Source: Microthyrium microscopicum (lineage: Eukaryota). From it: 64,000 nucleotides of DNA. Position 1 is the first letter of the stretch. Every line of letters begins with the position of its first letter. Below the pieces are notes generated by a model that searched no databases, was not told where the DNA came from, and worked only from the letters and a program-made list of their open reading frames with translations. The DNA is taken from assembly GCA_010405405.1 (NCBI GenBank), contig MU004237.1, positions 1,499,345 to 1,563,344 on the forward strand. The letters run 5' to 3'. Positions 48,829 through 59,470 of this stretch are shown here, piece after piece. Made by a program: the position numbers and the translations under genes.

Positions 48829-49204
48829 TGTAGAATTGTATCATAATACATGTGCTGATTACCAGCTTGTCTTATATACATGTGTAATACCAGACAGAGC
48901 AGGCCATGCTTATGAATATCGCTTCAGAGCGAAAGACACAATGACTGGCGTGTCCTATATGGTTTCTCTGGCTCCTATCTGCCACACTTTGCTAGAGGGT
49001 GCTTCGAAACCCATGGAATGCACAAGGCGCTCGACTCTGTGTCGAGTGCGCTATCTCCCATCTGCCACGGTCTGCTAAGAGGTCTCATAATCCCATCGAA
49101 TGCACTAAATCCTCGGCCTCGGATCGAATGCGCTGGGAAATAACAGTATCGTTCCGATTTGCAAGTACGATGGGAGACATCGCACTTCAAGGAAGCCTGC
49201 CATT

Positions 49205-50185
49205 TTATTTTGTTTCGTCTGCTGCCCTGAAATCCTGCTTGGTTCGAGTGATTTTGACCCCTGGACCAGAACAGATATTTGATATCGCAGGCTTTGATAT
49301 CTTCACGATGACCGTACTTGTAGAAAACTTCATATTATAGAAGATGATCCACTCCGCAATTCGATTTGCAAGCCGTTCAACGGTCTGAAACTTCGACTGT
49401 TCAATCATCTGACCTTTTCTCAGTAAATTAAACCCATAAGTTAAGCAATCACTTACCTGCATAACGCCCATGATCTGAAGCGGAGGCAAGCCTTTCCCCA
49501 AATCACCACCAACAATGCGAATAGTAACCTTCACCGGCTGTTTCTGCACCCGCTCCTTCTCTCTCACGCCAACAATGCAGTAAACAAGCATGTCTTTGAA
49601 GGTAAGTTCGGTCGTCTCCGCCTGCTGGTCACGACCCTTGTCTGTTTCCATCGACCAGTACCTGCTATTAACAATTGCTTCTCCGCCCGTTAGCGCTACC
49701 TCTTTCGGCAGGCGTAGTTTGATCGAGGCCCATACGGTGTGGCATCTTATAGAGTCGAGATGATTGCCGATTACCACGGCGATGGCGCCTGCTGCTTCGG
49801 TAGCGCATGTTATGGGTGGGCAAGCTAGTTCCTTAAGTCGAGCAGGAGAGAGGGAGGCGGAGAGATTGTTGAGGAGTTTAAGAAGTTTGCTGTAGTCAAG
49901 GCAATCTTCGATATCGTCGGATGTACCAGCTTTTCGTGAGTCAAAGCCTATTTTGAGAGAGAGGATTCCTGGCTGGGGTGTTTGGCCGTACCATTCGTGG
50001 GGATTTGAGATTGGGATGGCAACGTTCACATCTTCTATGAAAACATAGTCTTTGATTGCGTCTAGTTGTACTGGATTTTTCCTCATGATTGGTGTAGTTG
50101 TTGTTGATAGTGGTATTGAATCAAGTTTTTTGCTGGCCTCTTCCGACCGTTTGAGTGTTAGCGAGCTTGCTTTCTCCGTTTCCAT
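49205..50185 (-). CDS. Tandem dihydroneopterin aldolase (FolB-like) domain protein
   Basis: Motifs KAGTSDDIEDCLDYSKL, CIVGVREKERVQKQPV, EQSKFQTVERLA and VKISKP. Probable in-frame intron 49409-49456. Confidence 0.8.
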   Translation of the reverse strand: METEKASSLTLKRSEEASKKLDSIPLSTTTTPIMRKNPVQLDAIKDYVFIEDVNVAIPISNPHEWYGQTPQPGILSLKIGFDSRKAGTSDDIEDCLDYSKLLKLLNNLSASLSPARLKELACPPITCATEAAGAIAVVIGNHLDSIRCHTVWASIKLRLPKEVALTGGEAIVNSRYWSMETDKGRDQQAETTELTFKDMLVYCIVGVREKERVQKQPVKVTIRIVGGDLGKGLPPLQIMGVMQVSDCLTYGFNLLRKGQMIEQSKFQTVERLANRIAEWIIFYNMKFSTSTVIVKISKPAISNICSGPGVKITRTKQDFRAADETK

Positions 50186-50752
50186 TCCTGACTTAATGTG
50201 TTTCGTTTGATTTCGAATTTCTTTATGTTTAGTAGTATGAGTAATATCCCGGCGACGGACAAGATTTCTAGGTGGAGTGCTCCTAAGCTTCGCCTATGAA
50301 CGCTTCACGCTAACTTTTATACTGCTTTTGAACCGCATACATGATGTGTGTAAATAGGATTCTGGTCGTTCATGAGGATATCATCTATTGACTAAGATAA
50401 AAATTCAGCATTACCAGTATCGACTATCGAAGTTGAGATAATGTAGAAATGTAAATATAATAAGAAAAAGCAATTAAAGGGCGGCGACTATCATGTGAAT
50501 GCGTGCGACCAACGCGCCTGCCTCGCCCTAAATCGCGACTTCCTCCGAAAAAGCAACCCCGCACGCGTTCTTGCCTATTTCGTATTTCGTGCCATCCTCA
50601 ATGCAACTCAAACTCCATACCACAACATATTTCACTTCCCTTGCTGCATAGGTTACCTTCTTGCTTCAGCATCAAGCACAAACCCTCAACATGAACAATT
50701 CGCATCTCCAACCTTTTCGCATCTCCAACAAACACAACCAACTCCCAGCACC

Positions 50753-52987
50753 ATGGCTTCCTCGCGCTCTCGACAAGAACAAAAAGCAGACTTCTATGAT
50801 GATCTAAGCCAACTCAATGCCACCGACAGCGAGACTGATGATCCTGGCGATTTGGACCTCGAAATTTTCGTCAAAAAGGCACAGCCCAAGGCTTCCAAGG
50901 GCCGGACCCGATTAGCACAGCATGGATCTACGGTAGTCTCGAGTTCGCAAGGCAGCAGTCGGCCAATTAGTCGCACAACATCAACTATAAAGGAGTCAGA
51001 ACCTCTTCGTCGTTCCATGACAGATCAGTCTTTACATGCTAGCACGAAACGAAAGCGGCCACCGACTTTGCAATCCTCGGTCTCTGCTCCAACTGTTGTT
51101 GACTTGACAATGGTAGCGTCTCCTGCCAAACGGGGACGAGGACGACCTCGTAAGGATCCAAAAGACGTCAAGCCCAAGGAACGACCGGCGAAGAAAGCGA
51201 AGATTGTACCAACTCCACCACCTATACCAGAAGACCGGCAAGTCTTCCAAGGCCTCAAGTTTTTCGTCGTTCCAAACGATATCGTGAAAGAGAGTCGCAA
51301 AGCTAGGGTGCAAATCATCGCGCGTTATGGCGGAACCCGGGTAACTCAATGGGATCCCAGCCAGATCGATTTCATCCTGCTGGAAGATGATCTGCGTTAC
51401 CACCACTTGACGCAGTGGCTCGAGACGAACTCCATGCAGGCCATTGATATGATTCCAAGCTCCTTTCCAGGTGTTGGCACTATTCCAAGTGTGGACATCG
51501 TAAACATTAGATTCATTGATGACTCCATCCAGTGGAACCAACTTGTCGATGCTAAGTTATATGGCTATAGAGCGAGTGGAACCCCTGGCTTGCCATTCAG
51601 GGCCTCTAGAACAATTTCACGAACCTCACCTCCTTCTTCTTCATTGCCCCTGAAAGATAAGAAAACGACACTCCGTAACTACCGTACACCGTCTGTATCG
51701 CCTGAGCCGTCACCAGCCAAACCAGGTCTAGTTTCAAAAGAACCACGTTTCGGGGAGGCATCGAACTCAACAGAAGAGGATCGGAGTATAGGAACTTCTG
51801 GAGCGATGAGTGAAGATCTCTTAGCCGCCATCAAGGAAGCCAAAGATTTCGGAGCTTTACCCGACGATTCTGATGACGAGTCTCAGAAGTCTAGCTCGCA
51901 GGATCCAGTCTCCGCGTTCAGCAAGAAACGCGACTGGCAGGAAGCCTTTGCCTGTATGCAAGGCAGCAGCAACTCTTCGAAGGACAGCGATAATCCCAAC
52001 ATTGAAACGATCAAGATTCTGGATAACATGAGTCGTTACTACGATCGGATGCACGATAATTGGCGCACACTGGCCTATCGCAAAGCCATTGCCACCCTTC
52101 GTAGACAGAATGTCAAGGTCGTTACTAAGGAGCAAGCCAAAGCTTTGCCCAACATTGGCTCTCGTATAGCGGAAAAGATCGAGGAGATTGCTTTGACATC
52201 TCGTCTTCAGCGCCTTAACAATGCGCTACAAGACCCGAGAGATCAAGTCCTTCAACTCTTCACGGGAATATACGGCGTAGGGTTGAAACAGGCCTCGCTA
52301 TGGGTTGAAGCTGGCCACCGAACTCTGGAAGATCTCAAGAACAGCCCAGTGATCAAGCTTACGGCAAATCAAACTATTGGCATTGAACATTACGATGATC
52401 TGGCCCAACGCATTCCTCGCGATGAGGTTGCGGAACATGGTGAAGTCGTTCGCAATGCGCTCCAGAAGATTGACCCGTCTTTCCAAGCTATCATTGGCGG
52501 ATCATATCGCCGTGGTGCTGCCAATTCAGGTGACATTGACATGATCATCACCAAATCAGATAGTAGTGCGCATAGCATTCGTACTGTAGTCCTGGATGTC
52601 TTGGTGCCGACGCTTATGAAGAAAGGTTTCCTGAAGTTTGCTTTGGCAGCCTCCAAGTCTGGTGAGCAAGGCGACAAGTGGCATGGTCTTTCATGTCTAC
52701 TAGGTTCCACTGTTTGGCGCCGAATCGATCTTCTCATTGTGCCTTCCGAGGAGATTGGAGCAGCTTTGCTTTACTTCACTGGCAATGACATCTTCAACCG
52801 TTCCATCCGACTGTTGGCCAGCAAGAAGGGCCTGCGCTTGAACCAACGTGGTCTGTACAAGAATGTCATAAGAGGCGTAAATCGAGCGAAATTGACGGAT
52901 GGAGAACTCGTCGAAGGGAAGGACGAAAAGGAGATCTTTAGGATCCTTGGTGTTCCATGGCGAGCACCAGAGGACCGAAACTGTTAG
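50753..52987 (+). CDS. POL4: X-family DNA polymerase (Pol lambda/Pol4) with BRCT domain
   Basis: BRCT-like VFQGLKFFV...FIDDSI, lyase domain WRTLAYRKAI..LPNIG, GSYRRG..SGDIDMII, RRIDLL, LLYFTG...FNRS and E.EIF.ILG.PWR.PEDR. First ATG at 50753. Confidence 0.93.
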   Translation: MASSRSRQEQKADFYDDLSQLNATDSETDDPGDLDLEIFVKKAQPKASKGRTRLAQHGSTVVSSSQGSSRPISRTTSTIKESEPLRRSMTDQSLHASTKRKRPPTLQSSVSAPTVVDLTMVASPAKRGRGRPRKDPKDVKPKERPAKKAKIVPTPPPIPEDRQVFQGLKFFVVPNDIVKESRKARVQIIARYGGTRVTQWDPSQIDFILLEDDLRYHHLTQWLETNSMQAIDMIPSSFPGVGTIPSVDIVNIRFIDDSIQWNQLVDAKLYGYRASGTPGLPFRASRTISRTSPPSSSLPLKDKKTTLRNYRTPSVSPEPSPAKPGLVSKEPRFGEASNSTEEDRSIGTSGAMSEDLLAAIKEAKDFGALPDDSDDESQKSSSQDPVSAFSKKRDWQEAFACMQGSSNSSKDSDNPNIETIKILDNMSRYYDRMHDNWRTLAYRKAIATLRRQNVKVVTKEQAKALPNIGSRIAEKIEEIALTSRLQRLNNALQDPRDQVLQLFTGIYGVGLKQASLWVEAGHRTLEDLKNSPVIKLTANQTIGIEHYDDLAQRIPRDEVAEHGEVVRNALQKIDPSFQAIIGGSYRRGAANSGDIDMIITKSDSSAHSIRTVVLDVLVPTLMKKGFLKFALAASKSGEQGDKWHGLSCLLGSTVWRRIDLLIVPSEEIGAALLYFTGNDIFNRSIRLLASKKGLRLNQRGLYKNVIRGVNRAKLTDGELVEGKDEKEIFRILGVPWRAPEDRNC

Positions 52988-53314
52988 ATGAGACGCATTG
53001 CTTGAGAGATGCATCGAGGGATGGTATATGATGTTACGACGGACAATAATCACGAGCTATAGGATTAATGACAGGACGAAAGCAGTTTATACCCAGGAGC
53101 CAACACGGATAGCCTCTATGTAGGCTATGAATTACGATCCACCTACTCTTCACATGGTATCTTCACGAGGTTCTCCTGTTTGACCATCCAAACGGAGCTG
53201 ATATTTCGTAGTACAGTGTCTGTTATCGAGCAAGACTGTCCTTATCCTTCATACAACGCTACCGTTCATTTGATTACAGAATATGACTCCCTAGTCATAC
53301 ATTGCCTAAATCCC

Positions 53315-54748
53315 CTAGCTCCACCCATTAACGACCAACAAGCTCTGAATCGTCTCCATAGCACTCATCTGCTGTCCAACTCCCCAGGTTCCATCCCACC
53401 CACTCTGGTAATACTTGATGCCGCAAGTAACGCCATCTGTTCCTCCAGAGCAACTCTGCGCTGCCGCACCAGCACTAGATCTCAATAACTCACTAACCCT
53501 TTCCCGATGATCAGGCAACAAATCCGCCCCCTTGACCATCCATCTCGCCAAAAATCCCTTGAATGCCAACTGATCCGTGTTGCACGTCCCATACGGCTCA
53601 CAAGCAGCCTCATAGATCACTGATCCCCCATCTACTCCCGGTCTGAAGAAAACTTCCGCAGACCGGAAAAGGCCATCAGCCCTCTCCTTCCACATATCAT
53701 CGTTCGTCAATGCCGCCATCGCACTGGCACCATACAAATACACCCCAACATTGTAACTCCACTGCGGACCCCTAACACTGCTACAGGCCGTAGACGCATC
53801 GGTGCCATCGAACACGTTATACGCACTATCAATCAACCCAACTTTCACACTCCAGTCCCAAATTGCGTTTGCCCATTGCAGGTATCTCTCTGATTCAGCA
53901 CCTGAAGTAATTCGAGCTAGACGGGCAGCGAGTGCGAAGGTACCGCCGTTGGAGATGGCGTTCTTGTAGAAATACCCCCCAGGATTGGAATTGTCAGGGT
54001 AAATTTGCCAGCGCATACCGCCGTTACATGTCGATGTGTCCCAGCGAGATACTTGGTTCGCAAAGAGGGCGCGCGTGAGGGTTAGCCAGTCATGCGCTGG
54101 AGCCGGGGCGTTGGGGAGGTTTGATTCTATGGCGGAGAGGAGGGCGAAACCCCAGAAGGCTTGATCGTCATTGCCTTCGTCAAAGTTGTGTGCGGGGACT
54201 ATGTAGTCGTTGTTGGGGCCGACTTGGGAGATTAGGCCGTTGATTGTTGCGGTTAGGTAGCTTATGTCGCCGGTGTAGGCATGGTAGTCGACCTGATGTG
54301 TGTTAGTCTGATAAGTTGGCGTTGAACGGAAGGTGCTTATACCATTGCTCCCCACATTGCGCCAGATTCCCACCTGTGTTGTGTGTTAGTCTGGTTGATA
54401 GATGTGATGTGTCACTGACCAATAGTAGGGCGGATATGGCTGAAAAATGTTTAGTAGGTATCCATGGAGCTTGAGCGGTAATTAGACTTACCAAAAGTCC
54501 TTTTAGATCGACGGGTGTGTCAGAAGCATTGTTTGAATAGTACTTCATCATACCGAATGCTGTCGTAGCAGCAGCATTGCGCACAGAGGCTGAAGGCACG
54601 TCAGCTTCCACTCCAATGCTTCTTGCGCCCTTACTGAAAATCACTCACCCGAATCTTGTTGATTTATCGAAATGCCACGACAAACGGAGATCATGCTGGC
54701 GCAAATCGCAAGTAGTCGTGCTGCAAAGGAGCCAGTATTGAATCTCAT
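53315..54748 (-). CDS. GH76 alpha-1,6-mannanase (Dfg5/Dcw1 family); about 5 exons
   Basis: Signal peptide; motifs PYYW, GNDDQAFW (catalytic DD), CNGGMRWQ, YKNAISNG, WSYNVG, FKGFLARW and GVGQQMSA. Confidence 0.92.
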
Positions 54749-55559
54749 GTTGAAAAATGTAGCTCGGGACATTGGAGAAATAAGACGGTGCACAAACAAA
54801 GGATAGCTTCAAGCCAAGCACTAAAGAAATAGAACAAGAGAAGGGTGGTGATGAGCACAAGAAAGTGAGAGAAGTGAGGAATGCTCTGAAGTTACGACGA
54901 TTATGGTGTCACAACAAGTCAATGGGAACACTCCTATTGACGTGGGCACCCGAGTAACTGGCGACCCTGGGCGCCGATGACACAACTTACTTGTCCTACG
55001 GACCTAAGCTATTTGACTTTTTCTGCCGCTTAAACTTGCTTGCCCTTTTACCGTGATGTGTGTGTAGAGTTGGGAAGGGCTAAAAGGTAAATAGATTCTT
55101 TTGAACTGCATTCTCATTGGTCAGTGACTCTAACGCACCACATGCAGTCAGGTCAACTCTTTCGTTTTTCTGCCAAGTTTTTGACTACTATTCCATTGGC
55201 ATTCTACGGGCCGCTCAAAGCAAACATCTGGTACAGATTCTGGGTGTCTGTTTATATTTGACAAGTTGCTGGACAGAAAGAGTGCGACCTCCTTGACGGA
55301 CTAGCTTGGTTACCATTAGGCTGACCGTAAGGCTGACAAGAGGAGAAATTGGACCCCAAGCTAAGGGACATAGGAGTGTACATAAAACGGAAACAACATA
55401 GCAAAACTATACCTTGAGTGAGCGGCTGGGCGTTTACGCTCCAACATTGCTAGCTCTGAGATCCAACTTGAGACTGGGTAGTGTTTTCATGTTACAATTC
55501 ACTCATCTAACACTGGTGTCCAGCATCGGCGTCTAATGGTTGCTCGCTTCAAACAAAAC

Positions 55560-56100
55560 TTTGCGATGTCTCCTGTCTAGAGCCACCAGTGGTCAGAAAA
55601 TAGGGAGATCATGTCAATCTGCTGACCAGGGAGAAACGTGGTCTCCCAACTAACTGACGGGTCTATTTGTCTCGAAGTCATACGGTCTTGGAGCACAAGC
55701 TCCCATTGCCTGATCTCTCAAAGCCTTTTTGGCCCGCAAATCTGTTCTCCATCACTGCAAAGAAGGATCCCCAGGAAGGTATGAAACGTAAGTGCACTGG
55801 AGCTATCCTCCCGATCAGATCTTCGAGTATAAATGGATCTTCGTCTAGAGACCGCATAGATAGTCGCTGTACCATGATCCGGATAGCGATAAGCTCCCTG
55901 AAGGTATTTAGTTGTCCTTGTATGAGACCATAGATGACGCACTTCAGGTCTCTTACAAGCTGCTGGGCCCATTCTGCACGTTGACTTGCGGCCGTGAAAA
56001 TGCCGTGACGCTGTGGGAAGTCGGCCGTAAGGCAGACTGCAAGTACCAAGCAATGGCTTGCGTAACAATGGCTCTCATTGTCCTCCTATCGAGGCTATTA
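55560..56100 (-). pseudogene. Fragment of a fungal ubiquitin-like-domain protein, frameshifted
   Basis: PFILEDLIGRIAPVHLRFIPSWGSFFAVMENRF, then after a shift near 55715 IRQWELVLQD...SWETTFLPGQQIDM. The motif is recalled from fungal accessory proteins, not searched. Confidence 0.55.
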
Positions 56101-56351
56101 GACAGCTCGAGCAGGTTCATACGTCAACACATCAGATTTCTAGCCAAGATCTAGAGTATTCAGAATAGCAACGTTGACAATCGGACCATCAAAGACTGGC
56201 TACTGGCTACTGTCTAGTATGACGCGGAAGGTGTCACATCGTTACGCATTCAAACATATACCTTTGTACTTCATCCCCTATGTCCTCTTATCAATAAAGG
56301 TACTCCCGTACTCGCCTAAATCTGATCTACCGCAACTCCTCAAAACACATC

Positions 56352-56966
56352 TCATCCCAGCAACGCATCCCTCTCTCCTGCCCTTCCCGCCTCCAACTCC
56401 TCTCTACTCCGCCTAACCTTCCGCCAAACCAGATAAACATACATCTGCACACCCGCATAAGCCTCCAAACTAACAAACGGCCATCCAACCGTCCCATACC
56501 ACCAGATATGCCTTGGAAAGGGGATGGTCAAATCCGCTGGGAATGGAAGTCCCCAATTTTGTCTCGGCACGGGTACGCGAGCCAGCCATAGAAGACCTGC
56601 GATGCTGAATATTACTGCTTGGAGGACTGCGGTTTGTCAGCTTTCTCTTTACTCTCTCTATCTCTTCGAGTGTGATATCTTACCAAGTCCAATCGTCGAA
56701 AGCGCCCCAGCATCTCCCAGCGCACGTGTTGTAGATGTTTGCTGGACTGCGGCGTATAAGAGCATCATTTGCATGAACGGAGTTGCCAGGGCGTAGAGGG
56801 GGAATGGTAGGGGAAACAAGGCAGTTAGACAAAGTAGGTGGGCAAATAGTGTGATGCCTAGGGTCATGATGAGGAAGGTTATTAGGAAGAGCGTCACGTC
56901 GGAGCGTGGTGTCGGGGGACGGGGGATGCAGAGGAGTATGCTGGTTTCGTCAGTGAAATTTTGCAT
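56352..56966 (-). CDS. Small multi-pass membrane protein (PQ-loop-like C-terminal half); 2 exons
   Basis: About 4 hydrophobic segments. Intron about 56628-56684 joins GALSTIGL|VLQAVIFSIAG. Ends in an acidic dileucine-like ERDALLG. Confidence 0.6.
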
Positions 56967-58247
56967 GGGAATAAGAGTTTGGAGAGGAGGAGGAAGTATC
57001 TGGCATGAACGCGTAAAGTATGCTATATGGATTTGAGGCAGTACGGTGTTTTAGAACTTACAGGCCCGATATACCGAGAAACGCGACGAGAAGGTGAACG
57101 AAGTCAATGTATGGTGTTGGTGAGAGAAGGATTATGCCTTGATTTCGGTGAAGGAGCCCAATGGAAAATAGCGTAAGGTGGTGAGTTGCCGGTATGGCCA
57201 GGTAGTATAGCCAATCGCTGTCAATGGGAGGTTGATTTATACTTTATGGGCAGACTTACATAGTTCAATGATATGCCATAACGATCTTCCCGTGAAATGA
57301 GCTTTTGATATTGTGGGATGAATGACAACGCTAGCAGAACCGCAACGATTCTATGATATGTAAGCAGTTCTCGTACATCCGTAATGAGGAATCAATGGCT
57401 GACGTTGCGGTTATGGTACTAATATCTTTGTCCATGGTGGTGCTAGTTTGCGTCTAGTTTATCCAAGTTTCGAGGCTTCCTGATCATTCGGTGTCAGTAA
57501 TGACCCTTTAACTGAGCTGGGTTCGAATTGTATTGAATAATGAAGCTGTGACTATCAAGGGTTTCTTACATTCATTGGCTCTCAAGCATCATGAACACTA
57601 TGGCCAATGTATGGTAGAAAAGCATGTGCATATAGAGTAGGCAGCCGCACAACTGTGCCGCACGATCTTCGAAGGATCAATACCCTATCAAGATGTTGCA
57701 CGAACCTGGAAATTCGTACCAAGCAGTTTCAATAGCTTGCGAACGGGGAAATTCAATCCCAGGACTCACTGTTTAATTGCTTTGCCAACGAGATAGGCTC
57801 CCCCTTCCCTGTTCTGCTGTCAACAAATATAGAAGAGCATTTGGAAGAATCTACAACGCAAGAATTGGGGTTGCCAGGCGAATTCAGAAATGATTCGGCG
57901 AGCATTCAACCATTGAAGACTAGATACTACCATGTGAAATCTCATTAGACACATATTACAAAACGCCTTTATTGTCCCATATCCATTTGTCTTTCGCATC
58001 TAGCACTAAGTAAACACATTAAACCCCTATATCGTTGTACAGACCTGGCACCACCTTAAACCTCAGTCCCTGTACAATTTTGCGCCTCCTTTTGATCAAG
58101 CCGCACCCAATAAAAAATATCCCAGCGTCTAACTTTCTTCACTGCAAACCAAAACTCGCTCATGTGAAAGGTGTGCAGTGATTCTATGCCCAGGTCGATA
58201 TGTTCCGTACTCAAGATGAAAGAGCACACAGTTCACTCCGAACGGCG

Positions 58248-59470
58248 CTAGCGGAGGCCAATAACGCTCTGCGTAAAGTTAGCAGGCTAATACCTTATAG
58301 AAGTGGATGAAAGATACCATTTCTAGCGTCCAGACTCTGCGGATCCAGACTTTCAGTTTGCCTTCAACGCCTTCCACGTTCTCCAGCTCAACACCTTCCC
58401 ACCAGCACCTGCGGGCCGGTTTTCGCCAGAACAGCAGGAGCTTTTGGGCCATGCTCACAGCAGGATTGTTAGCATTATTGGCGTCGGGTGCGCCGCGAAT
58501 GTCGGTGCGTAGGCGAGCGAGTGCGATACTACAGATAACAGCTTTATTTGGCTCGCTGGCACGATGACCCCAACGATCTTCTCGGTTGAATCCACTGCTG
58601 ATGGTCAGTTAGATATTTTGAGCGATGGACTAGACATACCCAGCTGTAAGCATTTCAATAAGATGTTGCTCCGTCGTGCCCGGTTCTTCGCTCTTTCGAA
58701 GGCCGGAAAAGATGCCATCTTGTCTCAGTAGTGCTCGACCGGCAGCGCGCTTGACCTCGAGCATTTCCTGTGGTTCGATATCGCGCTTTGGTGGAATGGC
58801 GTAAAAGTCCAGATCCTCTCGAAGGACGATGATACCTGCTCGATCTTGAAGCATGTCTCTTGCAGAGCCAGCCATGGGCTCAATTGGTACCGCCTCTGGA
58901 GCATGTTCACCATTTTCACTAGGTGGTGCAGATCCTGATGCTGGGATAGTGGCAGCTACATGACGAAAGAATTCGAGCATGTATTGTAAGGAATCGGGAT
59001 CATACTGGGAAAAATAACACATGTCAGATATATATAAAGTGGTGTTGGAAAGTACAGTTTGAATATGCCGAATGGCGCGAACAGAAGAGGAACGAGCTTG
59101 AGTAACAGTGGAGAGGGTACTAACGTCTACTGGGTATACATCGCCATCATATGTGCTCATATGGCCTTCAGGTAGAAGGCCATTGGGGAATAATGATAAT
59201 AGGACGAATTCAGGTAGTGTAAGGAGTTCATCACGAGAAAGTGTAAACTTTGTTCCTCTGTATTAGGTTAGTAAGGATACATTACTATATCCCAAGGGTT
59301 TTACCGAAGATCGAGGGTGATATTTTCATCTGAACCGCCTACTATAATTAGCAACTTTTCAGACATGGTTTTAAGGATCGCATACCTGCAAGAGTCGATA
59401 TGGGCGCGCCTACACCAGCACTTTGTGAAACTTGAGTAATGATACTCGCTGGACCACCTGCTGAGGCCAT
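58248..59470 (-). CDS. WHI2: Whi2 stress/nutrient response regulator (BTB/POZ-like); multi-exon, AUG-initiated form
   Basis: MASAGGPASIITQV, ENITLDLR|GTKFTLSRDELLTLPEFVL..LFPNG, IIVLREDLDFYAIP, EQHLIEML, QKLLLFWRKPARRCWW and KVWIRRVWTLEM|SVIGLR*. Confidence 0.88.

Noticed and set aside
50495..50752. 86-codon upstream extension of POL4 from a GTG
   Set aside because: Unlike the WHI2 case there is no convincing start context or recognisable motif; likely UTR.
57500..57540. GGTTCGAAT T-loop-like motif suggesting a tRNA
   Set aside because: No flanking T-stem, acceptor stem or D-arm.
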